Origin: a virus
Virus record (IMG/VR): IMGVR_UViG_3300025853_000046
Location: 26,823 to 90,822 of that record
Strand: one strand, 5' to 3'
Length of the DNA stretch: 64,000 nt
Position numbers and translations under genes: made by a program. The notes beneath the pieces are model-generated. The model made no database searches. It was not told the origin of the DNA and worked only from the letters and a program-made list of their open reading frames with translations. Position 1 is the first letter of the stretch. Every line of letters begins with the position of its first letter. This document shows, one piece after another, positions 1 through 11,391 of the stretch.

Positions 1-160
1 TTGGTCGTGTGTTGCAGAACCTCCTACGGTTTTAGTGAACTTACTATTACCATCACCTGTTGCACCTGTTCCATTATCATCTTCACTGTAAATATCCGAT
101 ACTGCTGAAACCGAAGCGGCCCCAAAAGCATAAGAATTAATAATAATAGTTCCCATAGTA

Positions 161-2560
161 TCATGTCCTATATCCATAAAGTGTAACCTTTAAACCTTTA
201 CCGGCTGTTGAAGAACCTACTTGGTCTATATCAAAAGTAATTAAAGCATCATCCGCTAAAGCAGGGCCAGCACCACCGATTACTGCGGCTGTTGCGGCAC
301 TTGTTGAAGTTAATTCACTTGCATCAATTGATAGTTTAGTAGTCAAAATAGTAGAACCTGCTTCATTAATATCAACAATTATTGTTGAACCCACTGGGGC
401 AGTATTTACAGTTGCTTTAACTGCCGTTAATGTCATAGCGAAAGGCATATTAAAAGTAGCCTTTGAAGTTCCCGTTGCTAAGTTAGTGCTTTCATCTGAT
501 AAAGAAACAATAAACACTTCTTCGTCTAATCGAATATCATTACCTGCATCATTGGTAAAGTATAATTGATTAGGTGCTACTTGTTTAACCCATAGTTGTC
601 CATAAGTTGCTAAGTCAGCAGTAGCCGCTGGTCTTTCTTTTATCATCATTGAACCTTCAAGAGATAATTTAGCAGTATGGGCCCCTGTAGGAGTAACACC
701 AATACCAACTTTATCTTCCCCTGCATCTGCTACAATAAGTTCTTGGTCGCTATTACCTTCTACTCTAAAGTCAATATCAACTCCATCTTCATTAATTACA
801 GTTTTAGTAAGACTCAAATCAATTCTCCTTTGTCGTGTTCCACCAACAAAAGTTCTAAAGTATAATTCTCCTGATTCAGAATTAGTAGTAATATCATTTA
901 CTCTTGCGTAAATATCAGCAAACTCATGTTCTGCTTCTGTTCCAGTGTCATCATCTTCGGTGGAGTTCATACTTAAGAATCTAATGTTACCAATTAAATC
1001 TCCATTTGCGGGAGTTGCAGTAGTTCTTTTAAATACTAAATCAGGGGCAAGAGCAGTATCATTGTCCGTAGATTCCAACCTTAATGTATCATCTGTTGAA
1101 GATGTTACAATATGTAATGGTGCGGCAGGTGTTGAAGTTCCAATACCAACATTACCACCATTAAATAAAGCGGCATAATTAGTATCTCCACCACTTACAT
1201 CAACAGTTAAACCTTTTACTGTTTGAGTTCCTGTTCCCGAACCAACAACATCAATATCTATACCAATAGCGGAAGAAGTTCCCTTACTTGAAGAATCCAC
1301 ATCAACATTAATTCCAATATCATTATGTGCGGCAGTTCCACTATTTTGTGTTGCTCTATCAATATCAATTTTTAATGCGGCTAAGTCTTCTGCACCAACA
1401 ATGGTTCCATCCTTATCAATATCTACTGTTTGTTTATCAGTAAAGGTATTACTTACCTTTACTGCCTTAGCATCTAAAGCAGTTTGTATTGCACCAGTGA
1501 CCCCTTTAACATAACTAAGTTCTGTGAGATTTGGATATGTTGCTGTATCAGCCGAATCTAAATTATCACTACCATCTGTAATAACAATCGTACTTGGGTC
1601 AAGATTAGACACATTAACATCACCCGCACCGTTAACACTAAACTTTACTTGGTCGGAATTGTTTCTTATTTCAAAACCTGTAGCAGTAGTATTAGTTCCC
1701 AGCCTTGCTACGATTTGGTCGTTGCTGTCCGTGTTATCAATAATAAAATCTCCAACTGTATTTGTTAAAGTAGTTCCGGCAGAATTACCTGTAATGCTGG
1801 CAGTTTCAGTGTAATAAGGTGGAGAACCCCCGGAACTATAACCTATTGACAAACTATTTTCTAATATGTTTTGTGTATAAAGTTGATGGCTATATCCCGA
1901 TTCATCATTCGCTGTTCCTGCTGTAATTTCTATTAACGCTATTGGGATTAAACTTGCATCTAAATCGGAAACTAAAGCATCTGCACCGGAAAGCGTTCCT
2001 CTTACAATTTCAACTGCTGGGCCAAAAGTTAATGTCGAAGTCGCAGTAGCGGTCACATCTGCACTTAATGTAAAAACCGTAGTACTGTTAATTGCCGCCA
2101 CTGTTGCACCTGCGGGAATACCTGTTCCCGAAACTGTTTGTCCAATACAAACAGTGACACCCGAACCTTTTGTAATATGTCGAATACTTGTAGAACTGCC
2201 ATCGGATATTCCCGAAGTATTTGTTGTGCATGAAGCAGTAAATTCCACAGGGTCAAGAAGTACCCAATCATAACGAGTGTAATTAGTGTCTCTTACAGTA
2301 GAATCATAACTTACTTGTAAATCAGTCGTCAATGTTTGGTATTTATTTCTTGCTTTAAAATGAATTGGTTGTTCTAAAGTAAAGGTAGTAAATCCACCAA
2401 CGGCAGAAGTAGTTAAACCTGCAATACCTATACACATATTTCCTCTATCATATGATTCTAATGCCTTTAAAATTCCGGTGTGCATTTTACTTGTTTGGTC
2501 TACTAATTGAGTTGTTGCACCCATTTCTGTTATATGTCCTTGATTGCTTACTGTTCCCAT
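161..2560 (-). CDS. Tail fibre / receptor-binding protein (799 aa)
   Basis: Thr/Gly/Ser/Asp-rich beta-repeat protein with GNVGIGT.P...LH fibre repeats and a C-terminal 'TFDIDQVGSSTAGKGLKVTL' domain; distal end of the tail module. Confidence 0.75.
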   Translation of the reverse strand: MGTVSNQGHITEMGATTQLVDQTSKMHTGILKALESYDRGNMCIGIAGLTTSAVGGFTTFTLEQPIHFKARNKYQTLTTDLQVSYDSTVRDTNYTRYDWVLLDPVEFTASCTTNTSGISDGSSTSIRHITKGSGVTVCIGQTVSGTGIPAGATVAAINSTTVFTLSADVTATATSTLTFGPAVEIVRGTLSGADALVSDLDASLIPIALIEITAGTANDESGYSHQLYTQNILENSLSIGYSSGGSPPYYTETASITGNSAGTTLTNTVGDFIIDNTDSNDQIVARLGTNTTATGFEIRNNSDQVKFSVNGAGDVNVSNLDPSTIVITDGSDNLDSADTATYPNLTELSYVKGVTGAIQTALDAKAVKVSNTFTDKQTVDIDKDGTIVGAEDLAALKIDIDRATQNSGTAAHNDIGINVDVDSSSKGTSSAIGIDIDVVGSGTGTQTVKGLTVDVSGGDTNYAALFNGGNVGIGTSTPAAPLHIVTSSTDDTLRLESTDNDTALAPDLVFKRTTATPANGDLIGNIRFLSMNSTEDDDTGTEAEHEFADIYARVNDITTNSESGELYFRTFVGGTRQRRIDLSLTKTVINEDGVDIDFRVEGNSDQELIVADAGEDKVGIGVTPTGAHTAKLSLEGSMMIKERPAATADLATYGQLWVKQVAPNQLYFTNDAGNDIRLDEEVFIVSLSDESTNLATGTSKATFNMPFAMTLTAVKATVNTAPVGSTIIVDINEAGSTILTTKLSIDASELTSTSAATAAVIGGAGPALADDALITFDIDQVGSSTAGKGLKVTLYGYRT

Positions 2561-2904
2561 TAATCCACTTCCACTGTTATAATAAATTCAATTTCTTGAC
2601 TTGCTGTTAAAGGGCCTATACCATCATAACTAACTCTCGTTAACATTGTTCCCCCTGATACTTCTGAGAAAATTCCTACTTCTTTAATTGTTTGTCCTGT
2701 GTGCGTCGAGCCTTGAAGGGTAAATGTAAAATCAATTGTAGTATCTCCGGCAGAAACTACAGTAAGAGTTCCCCTTGAACCTAAAGGTGAATCTAATGCA
2801 CTTGCATTCGGGTTCGTTGAATCTCCACCTGTTCCTACCTCATAATGGGTAAAGGTCGTAACGATGTAATTTTTAAGTAGTTCCCTTCCATCTTTTGTTA
2901 TCAT
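2560..2904 (-). CDS. Small tail-fibre attachment/baseplate protein (114 aa)
   Basis: 'VGTGG...IKEVGIF...GGTMLTR' pattern typical of fibre N-terminal/collar domains; directly upstream of the fibre gene. Confidence 0.55.
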   Translation of the reverse strand: MITKDGRELLKNYIVTTFTHYEVGTGGDSTNPNASALDSPLGSRGTLTVVSAGDTTIDFTFTLQGSTHTGQTIKEVGIFSEVSGGTMLTRVSYDGIGPLTASQEIEFIITVEVD

Positions 2905-5900
2905 AATCCTACCCCCGAACCAAAGCCTATTGTCTTTGTAAATCCTATTACAGAACTTGAAGTTCCCAATGCAGAAGTGCTACTTGTTATCGTAGCCTTG
3001 ACAAATTTAACCCGAATCCCCTGTATATCAATATTAGGAGAGGTCACACTCTTATAGACTTTTTGTTGTGACCTCCCTTGTAAATTACGAGTTTCTGATA
3101 ATAACATAGAAAAGGTATTTGCTAAATCTCTATCATATTCACCAAGTAAAATAACAGTAGGGCTTCCTGTTCTTTTTATTACTTCGACCACAACATATTC
3201 AGACCTGTATATATTTTCACTTGGATAATATACAGAAACTACTTGTTTTGGTTGTAAGTGAGGTATTTTATCGCCAACTTCTATTGTAAGGGCTTGACTA
3301 TTTTTACTATATAATTTCAATAAGTCCTTAGCCTTTTGGTCTACTTGCTCTTGAGATATTAAAGAAAAGTCATAAATTTCTTTAACCTTTTCTCTGTTCT
3401 TATTAATATCTCTTCTATCTCTTGCTACACCTTTAACATTATCTCCATAAACTTCTACAGAATTAAACTTATCATAGAATGATTTATTTTTTCTAATGCT
3501 CACAATCTTATAAGTATTTTCATCTTCATTAAATTCTATATCTCTATAATCCTTCGCTTCTTCATTACTGACAATTTTAATGTTTGTTCCATCAATATTT
3601 AATTTTTGGTCTTTAAATGACAAGGCATTATTAATAGCCGTAAATGCGTTTTGTCCTGTATAATTTAATGCGAGATAGTATTGAGATGTTTCTGTTCCTT
3701 TGGTATATTCTGTTCCTACCTCTCCTACAATTTCATCTACAATAGCATCAACTTCAGGGGCTATTGAAAAGGCACTTACAATTTTTACAGATTCTACATC
3801 CTTTTTAATTTCACCAATTATAGAAATTGTAAATGTTTCGCCAAGAGAAACACACCCCTTCATAGTTTTCATTTCATCAAAAATTAAAGAATATCTTTTA
3901 GTCGCATAATCATATGTATTATATTTAACAAGCATATTTGTATTTAAAGTATTTTTACCATCGGTAATGTGCATTTTATAACTTGTTTCAGGGTAAAATT
4001 TGTTTCCTGTATTTTCGTGGAAGATAGGAGAATCACCCCTATGTATTAAATGAGTAGAACCATGACCGTCAAGTTCTGCTATAACATACATCGCTTGAAC
4101 TGCATGGTCTCCTTTAGTCCATGTATAACCTTCCTTTGTGCAATCAGTAATAGTATAGTCGGTTTTAGTTTTTTCATTTGTAAAGAACTTACCTGTTTTA
4201 GGATTAATTACATTTGTTCCTGACATATTATTCATAACATAATGCTTTTTATCTGAACTAAAAGTATCATTAGCGATAGTTAATACTGAAAAAATATCTG
4301 ATGCGCCTACATTTCCATGAGTATAATTATCAATATGAAGGTAGTGTATAAAGGCAGTAGTAGTATCTAATTTAGAAATATTGTGATTTAAAATTTGATG
4401 TAGAGTTTTATCGTTTTCGTTATACAAAAACTTTCCTGTTAAGTCTCCAACATAATGAATCCATTCCATAAGAGTTTCAGTTTCATCGTGGGTATTAGTA
4501 GCATTTTCAATATCAAAATCTACTATAACTTTTATATATCCCTCACTATTATGGTGATTTGCTTCCGCCCCTTCTATTTTTGAAACATTTGTAGCGGCCA
4601 TATCAATTTTAGGAATGTATAAAACTTCTGCATATGCCTTGTGCATTGATGTATCTCTTACTGTATTATCGTTAGGAACATATTGTACTCCGCCACTTGA
4701 ATCAATATCAGAAGTTGCTCTATGATTATCTAATAATCGAGGTATTTCAAAACCGATATAATCATAAGTACTACCATTTACCGTTGTTGTATCTCTTGTA
4801 GTAAATGCCGAATCTATTGTTGTTCCTATATTTGTAGCATTCTGTAAATATATATCTCTTTCTACATTGTATTGATTTCCGGCTTCACTTCCAAAATGTT
4901 CATCAGGACTAAACCCTACAACTACTAAACCCATATCATTATAAATTGAAACATCAGTTGTTGTGATATTATCAACAATACCAGCACCATTAATCATTCT
5001 ATAAGGGTGTGCAATATTACCTTCTTTCTTTATACCTGTAACTATTGATACTGTTACTGCGTTTGAATCATTTGCTAAGGTAGCACCTGATATTTCATAG
5101 ACTGTAATATATGTAGCCTCAACTCCCATAATATTATATGTCCTATTAAAGTTAGCAGTTGTGTGGTTGTCTACTACTATTTGCCCGTCATCTATAAAAT
5201 GATGAGTTAAAACAGTGTTTGAATCAGAACTTTGAGTTGGAAAATTAATTCTTATTTGATTAAAAGTTGTTCCACCGACTACCACTGTTGCTCTATTTGA
5301 AAAGGTTACAGTGCCTTTGTATAAGTATTTAGCAGGTGCGTTATTATCTACCCCTGAATATCTTCTTAAACTTTGATGATTAATCATTGTATAACTGGCA
5401 GTTGTATTTAATAGAACTACATTATGGTTATGACCTACTGGATTTTCTTGATTATCCCACTTAATACGATTAGCATTTTTTAGAGTAGTGGCTGCACTTC
5501 CCCCATTCCCCCATGCGTAATCGGCTGTAAAAATTTCACCTGTATATCCAACTACCTTACAATTAGCCGCTAATGTAATTACAGGCCCTACTGAATTAGT
5601 AGAACTTACTTCTCCTAAATATCTACTTATACCAGTTGTATCAGTTGCTGGATTAGTATATAAAGATGTATTTACAGTAACACTACTTGCGCCACCGTAT
5701 GCAGATAAGTTATGTGTTATATTTATCCCAGCAATATTATCAACTTGTATTGTAGTGGAATCAGTTGTAGCACTACGAGTATTACATTTATAAACAGAAT
5801 AACCTACTTCTGGAATAGATTTAGGATATGCTACTGGTAATGTTAATAGTCCTGCCCCGCCAGCAGATGATGACGGTTGGCTTTCTTCAGCACTATTTAA

Positions 5901-8900
5901 TTTATAAGTTTCATAATTAACTTCATTCATATAAGAGTCCACTGTCATATGTCTTAATTTTAAAATACTAAATCTTTTTGGTGTGGTGGATAAATCATTA
6001 GTAATTGGGAAATAATCAAAATCCCTTTCTTGAATTTTATCTATTTTTGAAACGCCTTTGTAATTTGAATGTGAAATTGTTGTATTACTACTTGTAGATT
6101 TATATTTAATCATTAAATAGTAATCACTCATATTTCTATTTAAAGATGTATTAAAAAAGTTATCATAACGCTTTTGACTTTCAGGTAACATATCTCCGGG
6201 GGCCATCAAAAAGGCATTAAAAATAGAAGGGTCATCCATTTCATATTCTAATTTTGGTCTTGTATATCCTGCATTTAAAAGACCATTTGCCCAAGAATCA
6301 GTTTCTACTGAAACCTTTGATAAATTATAAAGAGATGATTCAAATATATCAGGGTAATTTGTAATATCTTGAGTAGTGCTTCCAACAACAGGTAGATAAC
6401 CACGAGAGGTAATTGGTATATCTTTTTTATTAGCCAAATCAGAAGTAGTAAAATCGCTATTTAAGTTACGAGCAATAATCGTATCAGCCATAATTCTAAA
6501 AGCGGAGGCTGACCCTTTAAATGATATATCTTTATCAAAATAATATGTATTATAATCAGGTTTTAAAGTTTCACTTAACATGTGTATTTTATTTCTATAA
6601 TATTTTAAAGATGTTTTACTTAGATTATTATATCTAAATATAGGTATTCCGAATCTAAAGGCATAATTATTATAAATATCAACGCTCGAAGAATCTCTAT
6701 CATCTGCCACTATTCTTCTAAAAGTAGTTGGGGCAAATCCATATACTGAACCACTACTACTGTTCTTATTATCTAAAAGATGTAAGAACCCACCCCTATC
6801 TAATCCCTGTGTATTAATTAAACCTAAATCAGAAAGATTAGTATAATATGTATCTAATGTATTTGAGTCTAATCTTCCTAAAACAATTGGTGAAATATAA
6901 CCAACTTCAATATCTATCGTATTTTGTTCTTGAGGAGATATATTTATAACATTCATGTTACATAAACTTCCCATCATATCTGTTTCTATATCGAACCCTA
7001 AAGGTGTATCTGTTGGAGATGCTGAAGTTCCCTGTGTTGCTACAATTCCCTCAACTTTATTTCCAAGTAAAATAGCGGGTGATTCATTAGCATTTTTTAT
7101 ATTATAATCACTAAAAGAAGTAGATTCTGTTGTAAGGTTAAATGTTTTTCCCCCACCTTTCATTACATATCCTTTATCAGCACTTCCGTATAAAGTAGTA
7201 GCAGAAGAATCTCTACTATGTGTGGTAAGTGATTTGCCCGCAAGTAGTTTCTTATTACCTACATATATATTTTCTATATTATTTCCACTTCCATCAAATA
7301 AAGCATCTAATTCTAATAAACTATCTGTAAGTAATGTAATATTACCCCCCGTTGTTTCACTCGCTCTATCTGCCCCAACTACACCTAAAGGAACATAAAG
7401 TGTTGTAGAACCGTAGCCGTATCTAATGTATAAGACATCTCCATATGTTAATGCTACGGTAGAAGTTCCAGTTGTAGGAACTATGTTACTCGTCAAAACC
7501 GTAGTATTATTTACCGCAGTTAAACCAGTAGAAGTAAAAGAATCTGTAAAGGGGGTGACAGTAGAATACACATATTCATCCGAATAGGTAAAGTTTTTAT
7601 TAAGAGATTTTCCTATAAGTTTAGATATATCATCTCTACCACTTATGGATAATTTAAAAGCACCGGCTTCAATATCTGTTTCAATAGATTCAACACTACC
7701 CTCAAATACTACTTTATTTGTAGAAAGTGTTCCTTTTATAGAACCCATTGTATTTCCACCAGAATAATAAGAAGATGCAGGAACTGTTATTAATTCAGTA
7801 TAGCCGTCATTTTTATCTCCCCTATTTACTCTTAGGTCAAATCCTGCTAAATTACCATCAACCATATATTCTAAATTATAAATATCTGCCTCTGTTTCAG
7901 TAAGTTGTATTCCATTTCTAAAAACATTTGTGTTAATTGTAGTATCAATATCATGTCCAACCAACATATTGCCTACAACCGGAGACCAAATATGGCGAAA
8001 AGCCTTTGCATTTGTATGTGTAAAAACCCCATTAGAAGAAATATTTTCATAGGCCACACTTGTTATAACTCTTCTATTAGTAACCGTAATTGTTTGCTCT
8101 CCGTCTACAGGTGCTGTAATTCCCGAAATAGTGTAGTAATAATCACCGATAAGAATAGGTTCATATGCTGATGAACCATCATAAAGTAAATTTCTTAAAT
8201 CCTGATTAACCAAATTGGAAACAGAAATTGTTGTAGAAGTAGCCCTTGAATAAAGTCCGGGTAAAGAACCTGTTGGTTCATCTAAAATAGAAGTTTGGTG
8301 AATTAATTCTTTTACCTTAATTCCTTCATTATTATTAATCTTATGTTCCAACATTCTCTCATTATCATAATAACTTGCTTTAAACATATTACCTTTATTT
8401 GTAACAGTTTTACTTGTTTCTACTGAATAAGGAACTGATATAATTTGAGTTCTTGTAGGAGAATCTATAAATCTGATATAAGTAGGAAGAGAACCATCTG
8501 TATCATCGTAGTTTTTAGAAGAACCTGTCCATGATGTATAGTCAAAGGTATATGTTCCGCCCTGTGCAGTAGCCGTATTTATTCCTCTTGGAGAAACCCC
8601 ATTTGCCGAACTTGTGGTAAAATGTAATGTATCATTTAGTTGGTTATTATCTATTACATCTCCGTTATGAGTAAAGAAACCCTTGTCTATAATAAATCCT
8701 GAAGTTACAGGTGCTGTTACAAAAACAGACTTTACCGTTTTTAATCCTACTGCCCCAGTACTTTTACTTGTTTTTAGTAATGTGTATTTTCTTGAAGGGT
8801 CTAATGTTTTTCCTTCATAGAAATAAAATGTTGGCCTACTTACCTCAACATACTTATCGTGTCTTTCTTCACTTGTATCAACATCATTATGTAGGCCATA

Positions 8901-9659
8901 ACCAACAGCCGCTACATTTGTAGCAGTTTTAAGTGGGCCTTGATAAATTGCTATTTTAGTATTTGCGGGGATATTTTCTTTTAAGGTAGGTGTAAAATAA
9001 AAATCATATAAAGTTCCTTCGTGTAGTTCTCTATTTGTAATTTTAACAATTTGATGATTCTTAGGGTCGTCTGCATAAATAATAATAAACTCATCTCTCG
9101 TCGTAGAATCTACGGAACTTGTTTGCATATCTAATGTTATAATATTACCCGGAGTTTCATATTGATTAACTGCATAAACATTAACAAGCGTACCCGAAGG
9201 AAAAGTTCTATTCAACACACTTGAACCCTCTTTACCACAAGCACCTACATTTGTAAAAGTAAGAGTTTGATTTGCAGAAGAACCATCACCATTTGCACCT
9301 CCTGTTGTTGAAGCAGATAATTCAAATGTATTAATATTTGTAAAACTTGCCACATAAGCACCTGAAGGTATTCCTGTTCCTGATACTGCCGCCCCTACTG
9401 TTATTGCTGGTATATCCCCAGTAATACTAATTGTAGGGTCATTATTAAAAGTGCAAGTTGCTGTTAAAGTGGCAGAATCTTCTGTTAAAATTTCATAACA
9501 ATGAATTCCTAATGCGGTATCATTACTTGCCCCCTGTGTAATTGCTCTTGGGTTAACAGAAGTTTTTAAATTATATGTTCCCACTGTGGGTGCATTTGTG
9601 AAATCAGTAGGAAAAGGTGTTCCCTCATTCAAAACAAATACTGCATTTTCATTAGCCAT
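2901..9659 (-). CDS. Large tail tip/hub protein (2252 aa)
   Basis: Hub-like segments ('VVFEGSVESIE...LSISGRD', C-terminal 'FNSVEVYG...AKDLL...') flank long beta-rich insertions; lies after the tape measure. Confidence 0.6.
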   Translation of the reverse strand: MANENAVFVLNEGTPFPTDFTNAPTVGTYNLKTSVNPRAITQGASNDTALGIHCYEILTEDSATLTATCTFNNDPTISITGDIPAITVGAAVSGTGIPSGAYVASFTNINTFELSASTTGGANGDGSSANQTLTFTNVGACGKEGSSVLNRTFPSGTLVNVYAVNQYETPGNIITLDMQTSSVDSTTRDEFIIIYADDPKNHQIVKITNRELHEGTLYDFYFTPTLKENIPANTKIAIYQGPLKTATNVAAVGYGLHNDVDTSEERHDKYVEVSRPTFYFYEGKTLDPSRKYTLLKTSKSTGAVGLKTVKSVFVTAPVTSGFIIDKGFFTHNGDVIDNNQLNDTLHFTTSSANGVSPRGINTATAQGGTYTFDYTSWTGSSKNYDDTDGSLPTYIRFIDSPTRTQIISVPYSVETSKTVTNKGNMFKASYYDNERMLEHKINNNEGIKVKELIHQTSILDEPTGSLPGLYSRATSTTISVSNLVNQDLRNLLYDGSSAYEPILIGDYYYTISGITAPVDGEQTITVTNRRVITSVAYENISSNGVFTHTNAKAFRHIWSPVVGNMLVGHDIDTTINTNVFRNGIQLTETEADIYNLEYMVDGNLAGFDLRVNRGDKNDGYTELITVPASSYYSGGNTMGSIKGTLSTNKVVFEGSVESIETDIEAGAFKLSISGRDDISKLIGKSLNKNFTYSDEYVYSTVTPFTDSFTSTGLTAVNNTTVLTSNIVPTTGTSTVALTYGDVLYIRYGYGSTTLYVPLGVVGADRASETTGGNITLLTDSLLELDALFDGSGNNIENIYVGNKKLLAGKSLTTHSRDSSATTLYGSADKGYVMKGGGKTFNLTTESTSFSDYNIKNANESPAILLGNKVEGIVATQGTSASPTDTPLGFDIETDMMGSLCNMNVINISPQEQNTIDIEVGYISPIVLGRLDSNTLDTYYTNLSDLGLINTQGLDRGGFLHLLDNKNSSSGSVYGFAPTTFRRIVADDRDSSSVDIYNNYAFRFGIPIFRYNNLSKTSLKYYRNKIHMLSETLKPDYNTYYFDKDISFKGSASAFRIMADTIIARNLNSDFTTSDLANKKDIPITSRGYLPVVGSTTQDITNYPDIFESSLYNLSKVSVETDSWANGLLNAGYTRPKLEYEMDDPSIFNAFLMAPGDMLPESQKRYDNFFNTSLNRNMSDYYLMIKYKSTSSNTTISHSNYKGVSKIDKIQERDFDYFPITNDLSTTPKRFSILKLRHMTVDSYMNEVNYETYKLNSAEESQPSSSAGGAGLLTLPVAYPKSIPEVGYSVYKCNTRSATTDSTTIQVDNIAGINITHNLSAYGGASSVTVNTSLYTNPATDTTGISRYLGEVSSTNSVGPVITLAANCKVVGYTGEIFTADYAWGNGGSAATTLKNANRIKWDNQENPVGHNHNVVLLNTTASYTMINHQSLRRYSGVDNNAPAKYLYKGTVTFSNRATVVVGGTTFNQIRINFPTQSSDSNTVLTHHFIDDGQIVVDNHTTANFNRTYNIMGVEATYITVYEISGATLANDSNAVTVSIVTGIKKEGNIAHPYRMINGAGIVDNITTTDVSIYNDMGLVVVGFSPDEHFGSEAGNQYNVERDIYLQNATNIGTTIDSAFTTRDTTTVNGSTYDYIGFEIPRLLDNHRATSDIDSSGGVQYVPNDNTVRDTSMHKAYAEVLYIPKIDMAATNVSKIEGAEANHHNSEGYIKVIVDFDIENATNTHDETETLMEWIHYVGDLTGKFLYNENDKTLHQILNHNISKLDTTTAFIHYLHIDNYTHGNVGASDIFSVLTIANDTFSSDKKHYVMNNMSGTNVINPKTGKFFTNEKTKTDYTITDCTKEGYTWTKGDHAVQAMYVIAELDGHGSTHLIHRGDSPIFHENTGNKFYPETSYKMHITDGKNTLNTNMLVKYNTYDYATKRYSLIFDEMKTMKGCVSLGETFTISIIGEIKKDVESVKIVSAFSIAPEVDAIVDEIVGEVGTEYTKGTETSQYYLALNYTGQNAFTAINNALSFKDQKLNIDGTNIKIVSNEEAKDYRDIEFNEDENTYKIVSIRKNKSFYDKFNSVEVYGDNVKGVARDRRDINKNREKVKEIYDFSLISQEQVDQKAKDLLKLYSKNSQALTIEVGDKIPHLQPKQVVSVYYPSENIYRSEYVVVEVIKRTGSPTVILLGEYDRDLANTFSMLLSETRNLQGRSQQKVYKSVTSPNIDIQGIRVKFVKATITSSTSALGTSSSVIGFTKTIGFGSGVGL

Positions 9660-10698
9660 CTAAATTTTCCTCCTCAAAATCCATATATAAAAGTGTATTT
9701 TTAAATTGCGGAATTAAACTATTCATGCTTCTAAATTTATTTCTTGCATTTTTAGTCACCGATATTTCATGGTATTCTCCCATAAATTGAGTTCTTCGTC
9801 GAGTAGCATAATTACTTGCAGTTGCCTCTTGACCTAAATAAATGTCTGAATTAGCAAATGTAAAATTACCCCCCACCGAATGTTGTCCTTTGACAATTTC
9901 ATTACCATTGTAAAAAATACTCATTAGGCCAGAACTTTGATAACTTACTGCTATGTGATGAGGAACATCTACATAAGTTGGCTCTTTAGGTAGGTCTGCA
10001 TATAGGTGTGTAGAATTACTTGGAGTGTTTGTTATAGAAACCATTGTTAAAGCATTACTACCTAAAGAACTTATTTGCCCTATTAACAAACCTGTGTTTG
10101 TATAAAGATTATCTCCTACTATAAATTCAGCAGAAGAACCTGATAAATTAATAGTTGTGGAACTTACACTACTTACAGTTCGAGAAGATTTTTTAGCGAA
10201 GGGTATATGTTGCGTATATAGATAATCAGTAGGACTTGTAGAAGATTCATTTTTAGGTTCAGGTGCTATTACATAATCAGTACTTGTAACAGTAGTTGTA
10301 GCCCCTCCTATTTTAATAGAAAAACTAATTCTATATTTAGAAGGAGTTATGGGTGTAACACTTCCTGTTGAAAATGGTTTCAAACTTACAGACATATTAG
10401 CATTATAAAATAAAGACATTTCAAGTAAATCTCGGTCTGCCGCTGGAATATAAGCCACGCCTTTCGTTGCTTGAGAAAGAGATTTTTGACTACCGGAGTA
10501 ATTATTAGTAGCGTGATTATTAGTTTCATAAGGAGTAATAATAAACTCAGCAGTTATTTCTCCGGTATGCCCCCAAAGTCCAATACCTTGTGCGGGTGTA
10601 TTTGAACCATCACCAAAAGGAATTTTTACATACCCATCACACATAACGGGAAATTGAAGCGATTTTCTATCCTTTGAATATATCTGCATAGTAATCAA
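9652..10698 (-). CDS. LamG/concanavalin-like tail protein (348 aa)
   Basis: 'HHIAVSY...SIFYNG...IYLG...FMGEYHEI' LamG-like pattern; tail module position. Confidence 0.6.
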   Translation of the reverse strand: MITMQIYSKDRKSLQFPVMCDGYVKIPFGDGSNTPAQGIGLWGHTGEITAEFIITPYETNNHATNNYSGSQKSLSQATKGVAYIPAADRDLLEMSLFYNANMSVSLKPFSTGSVTPITPSKYRISFSIKIGGATTTVTSTDYVIAPEPKNESSTSPTDYLYTQHIPFAKKSSRTVSSVSSTTINLSGSSAEFIVGDNLYTNTGLLIGQISSLGSNALTMVSITNTPSNSTHLYADLPKEPTYVDVPHHIAVSYQSSGLMSIFYNGNEIVKGQHSVGGNFTFANSDIYLGQEATASNYATRRRTQFMGEYHEISVTKNARNKFRSMNSLIPQFKNTLLYMDFEEENLDG

Positions 10699-11387
10699 CC
10701 AAGTGGAGTAAAGGCTTGTCTAAAGGAAAAAGAAAATGTAAGGAAAGGTGAACCGGGTTGAAACTCGGTAGAAAAGTTTTCTACGAACCCGCCAATACCT
10801 GTGTAATTAGTATCTGTTGGGTCTGGAAAAACTGATGCTAATAATGTTGTTTTTCTGTCTAATTCTCTTGAGGAAAAATCAAAAGGAATTAAAGGTAGGT
10901 CTTCTACTTTTGTTGATTCTGTGACACCTGTATGATAAGCATAATCATCACCGATACGGGATGGGTAAAGAATAACAAGTTCTGTAAGATTTTGGTGCTT
11001 TTGTAAAAATGAAGAATCTACGGATGCGTGAATTAACTGTGCTACTTCGGGTGCTGTCATTACAACTGCTTTAGTCACACCATCAAATTCTTTTACAATA
11101 TTTTGTTCGGTAATAATTCCACCTATGTTAATTGTTTTATTTGCTATACCTAAATCAATTGCCATCGTAGTAGATTCTCCTGTAACTAATCCCGAAAGGG
11201 GGATAGGAATTGGTGCTACTTGTCTCGTAGTAGAAATAGAAATAGTTTCAGCCTTTAACATAATACGATTTGTTATTGAACCAGAACTTCCGTCTGTTCG
11301 AGATGCAAAATTAAGAAAAACTGCATGGTCGTAACCATATCCTGTATCACTCATGTTTGCCATTAAACTCTTTGTACTTTCTACCAT
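10695..11387 (-). CDS. Distal tail (Dit-like) protein (230 aa)
   Basis: Immediately downstream of the tape measure; beta-rich with C-terminal 'GFVENFS...FSFSF'. Confidence 0.5.
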   Translation of the reverse strand: MVESTKSLMANMSDTGYGYDHAVFLNFASRTDGSSGSITNRIMLKAETISISTTRQVAPIPIPLSGLVTGESTTMAIDLGIANKTINIGGIITEQNIVKEFDGVTKAVVMTAPEVAQLIHASVDSSFLQKHQNLTELVILYPSRIGDDYAYHTGVTESTKVEDLPLIPFDFSSRELDRKTTLLASVFPDPTDTNYTGIGGFVENFSTEFQPGSPFLTFSFSFRQAFTPLG

Positions 11388-11391
11388 TTAT

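Noticed and set aside
161-9659. Diversity-generating retroelement acting on fibre genes
   Set aside because: No reverse transcriptase and no adenine-variable TR/VR repeat pair were seen in this window.
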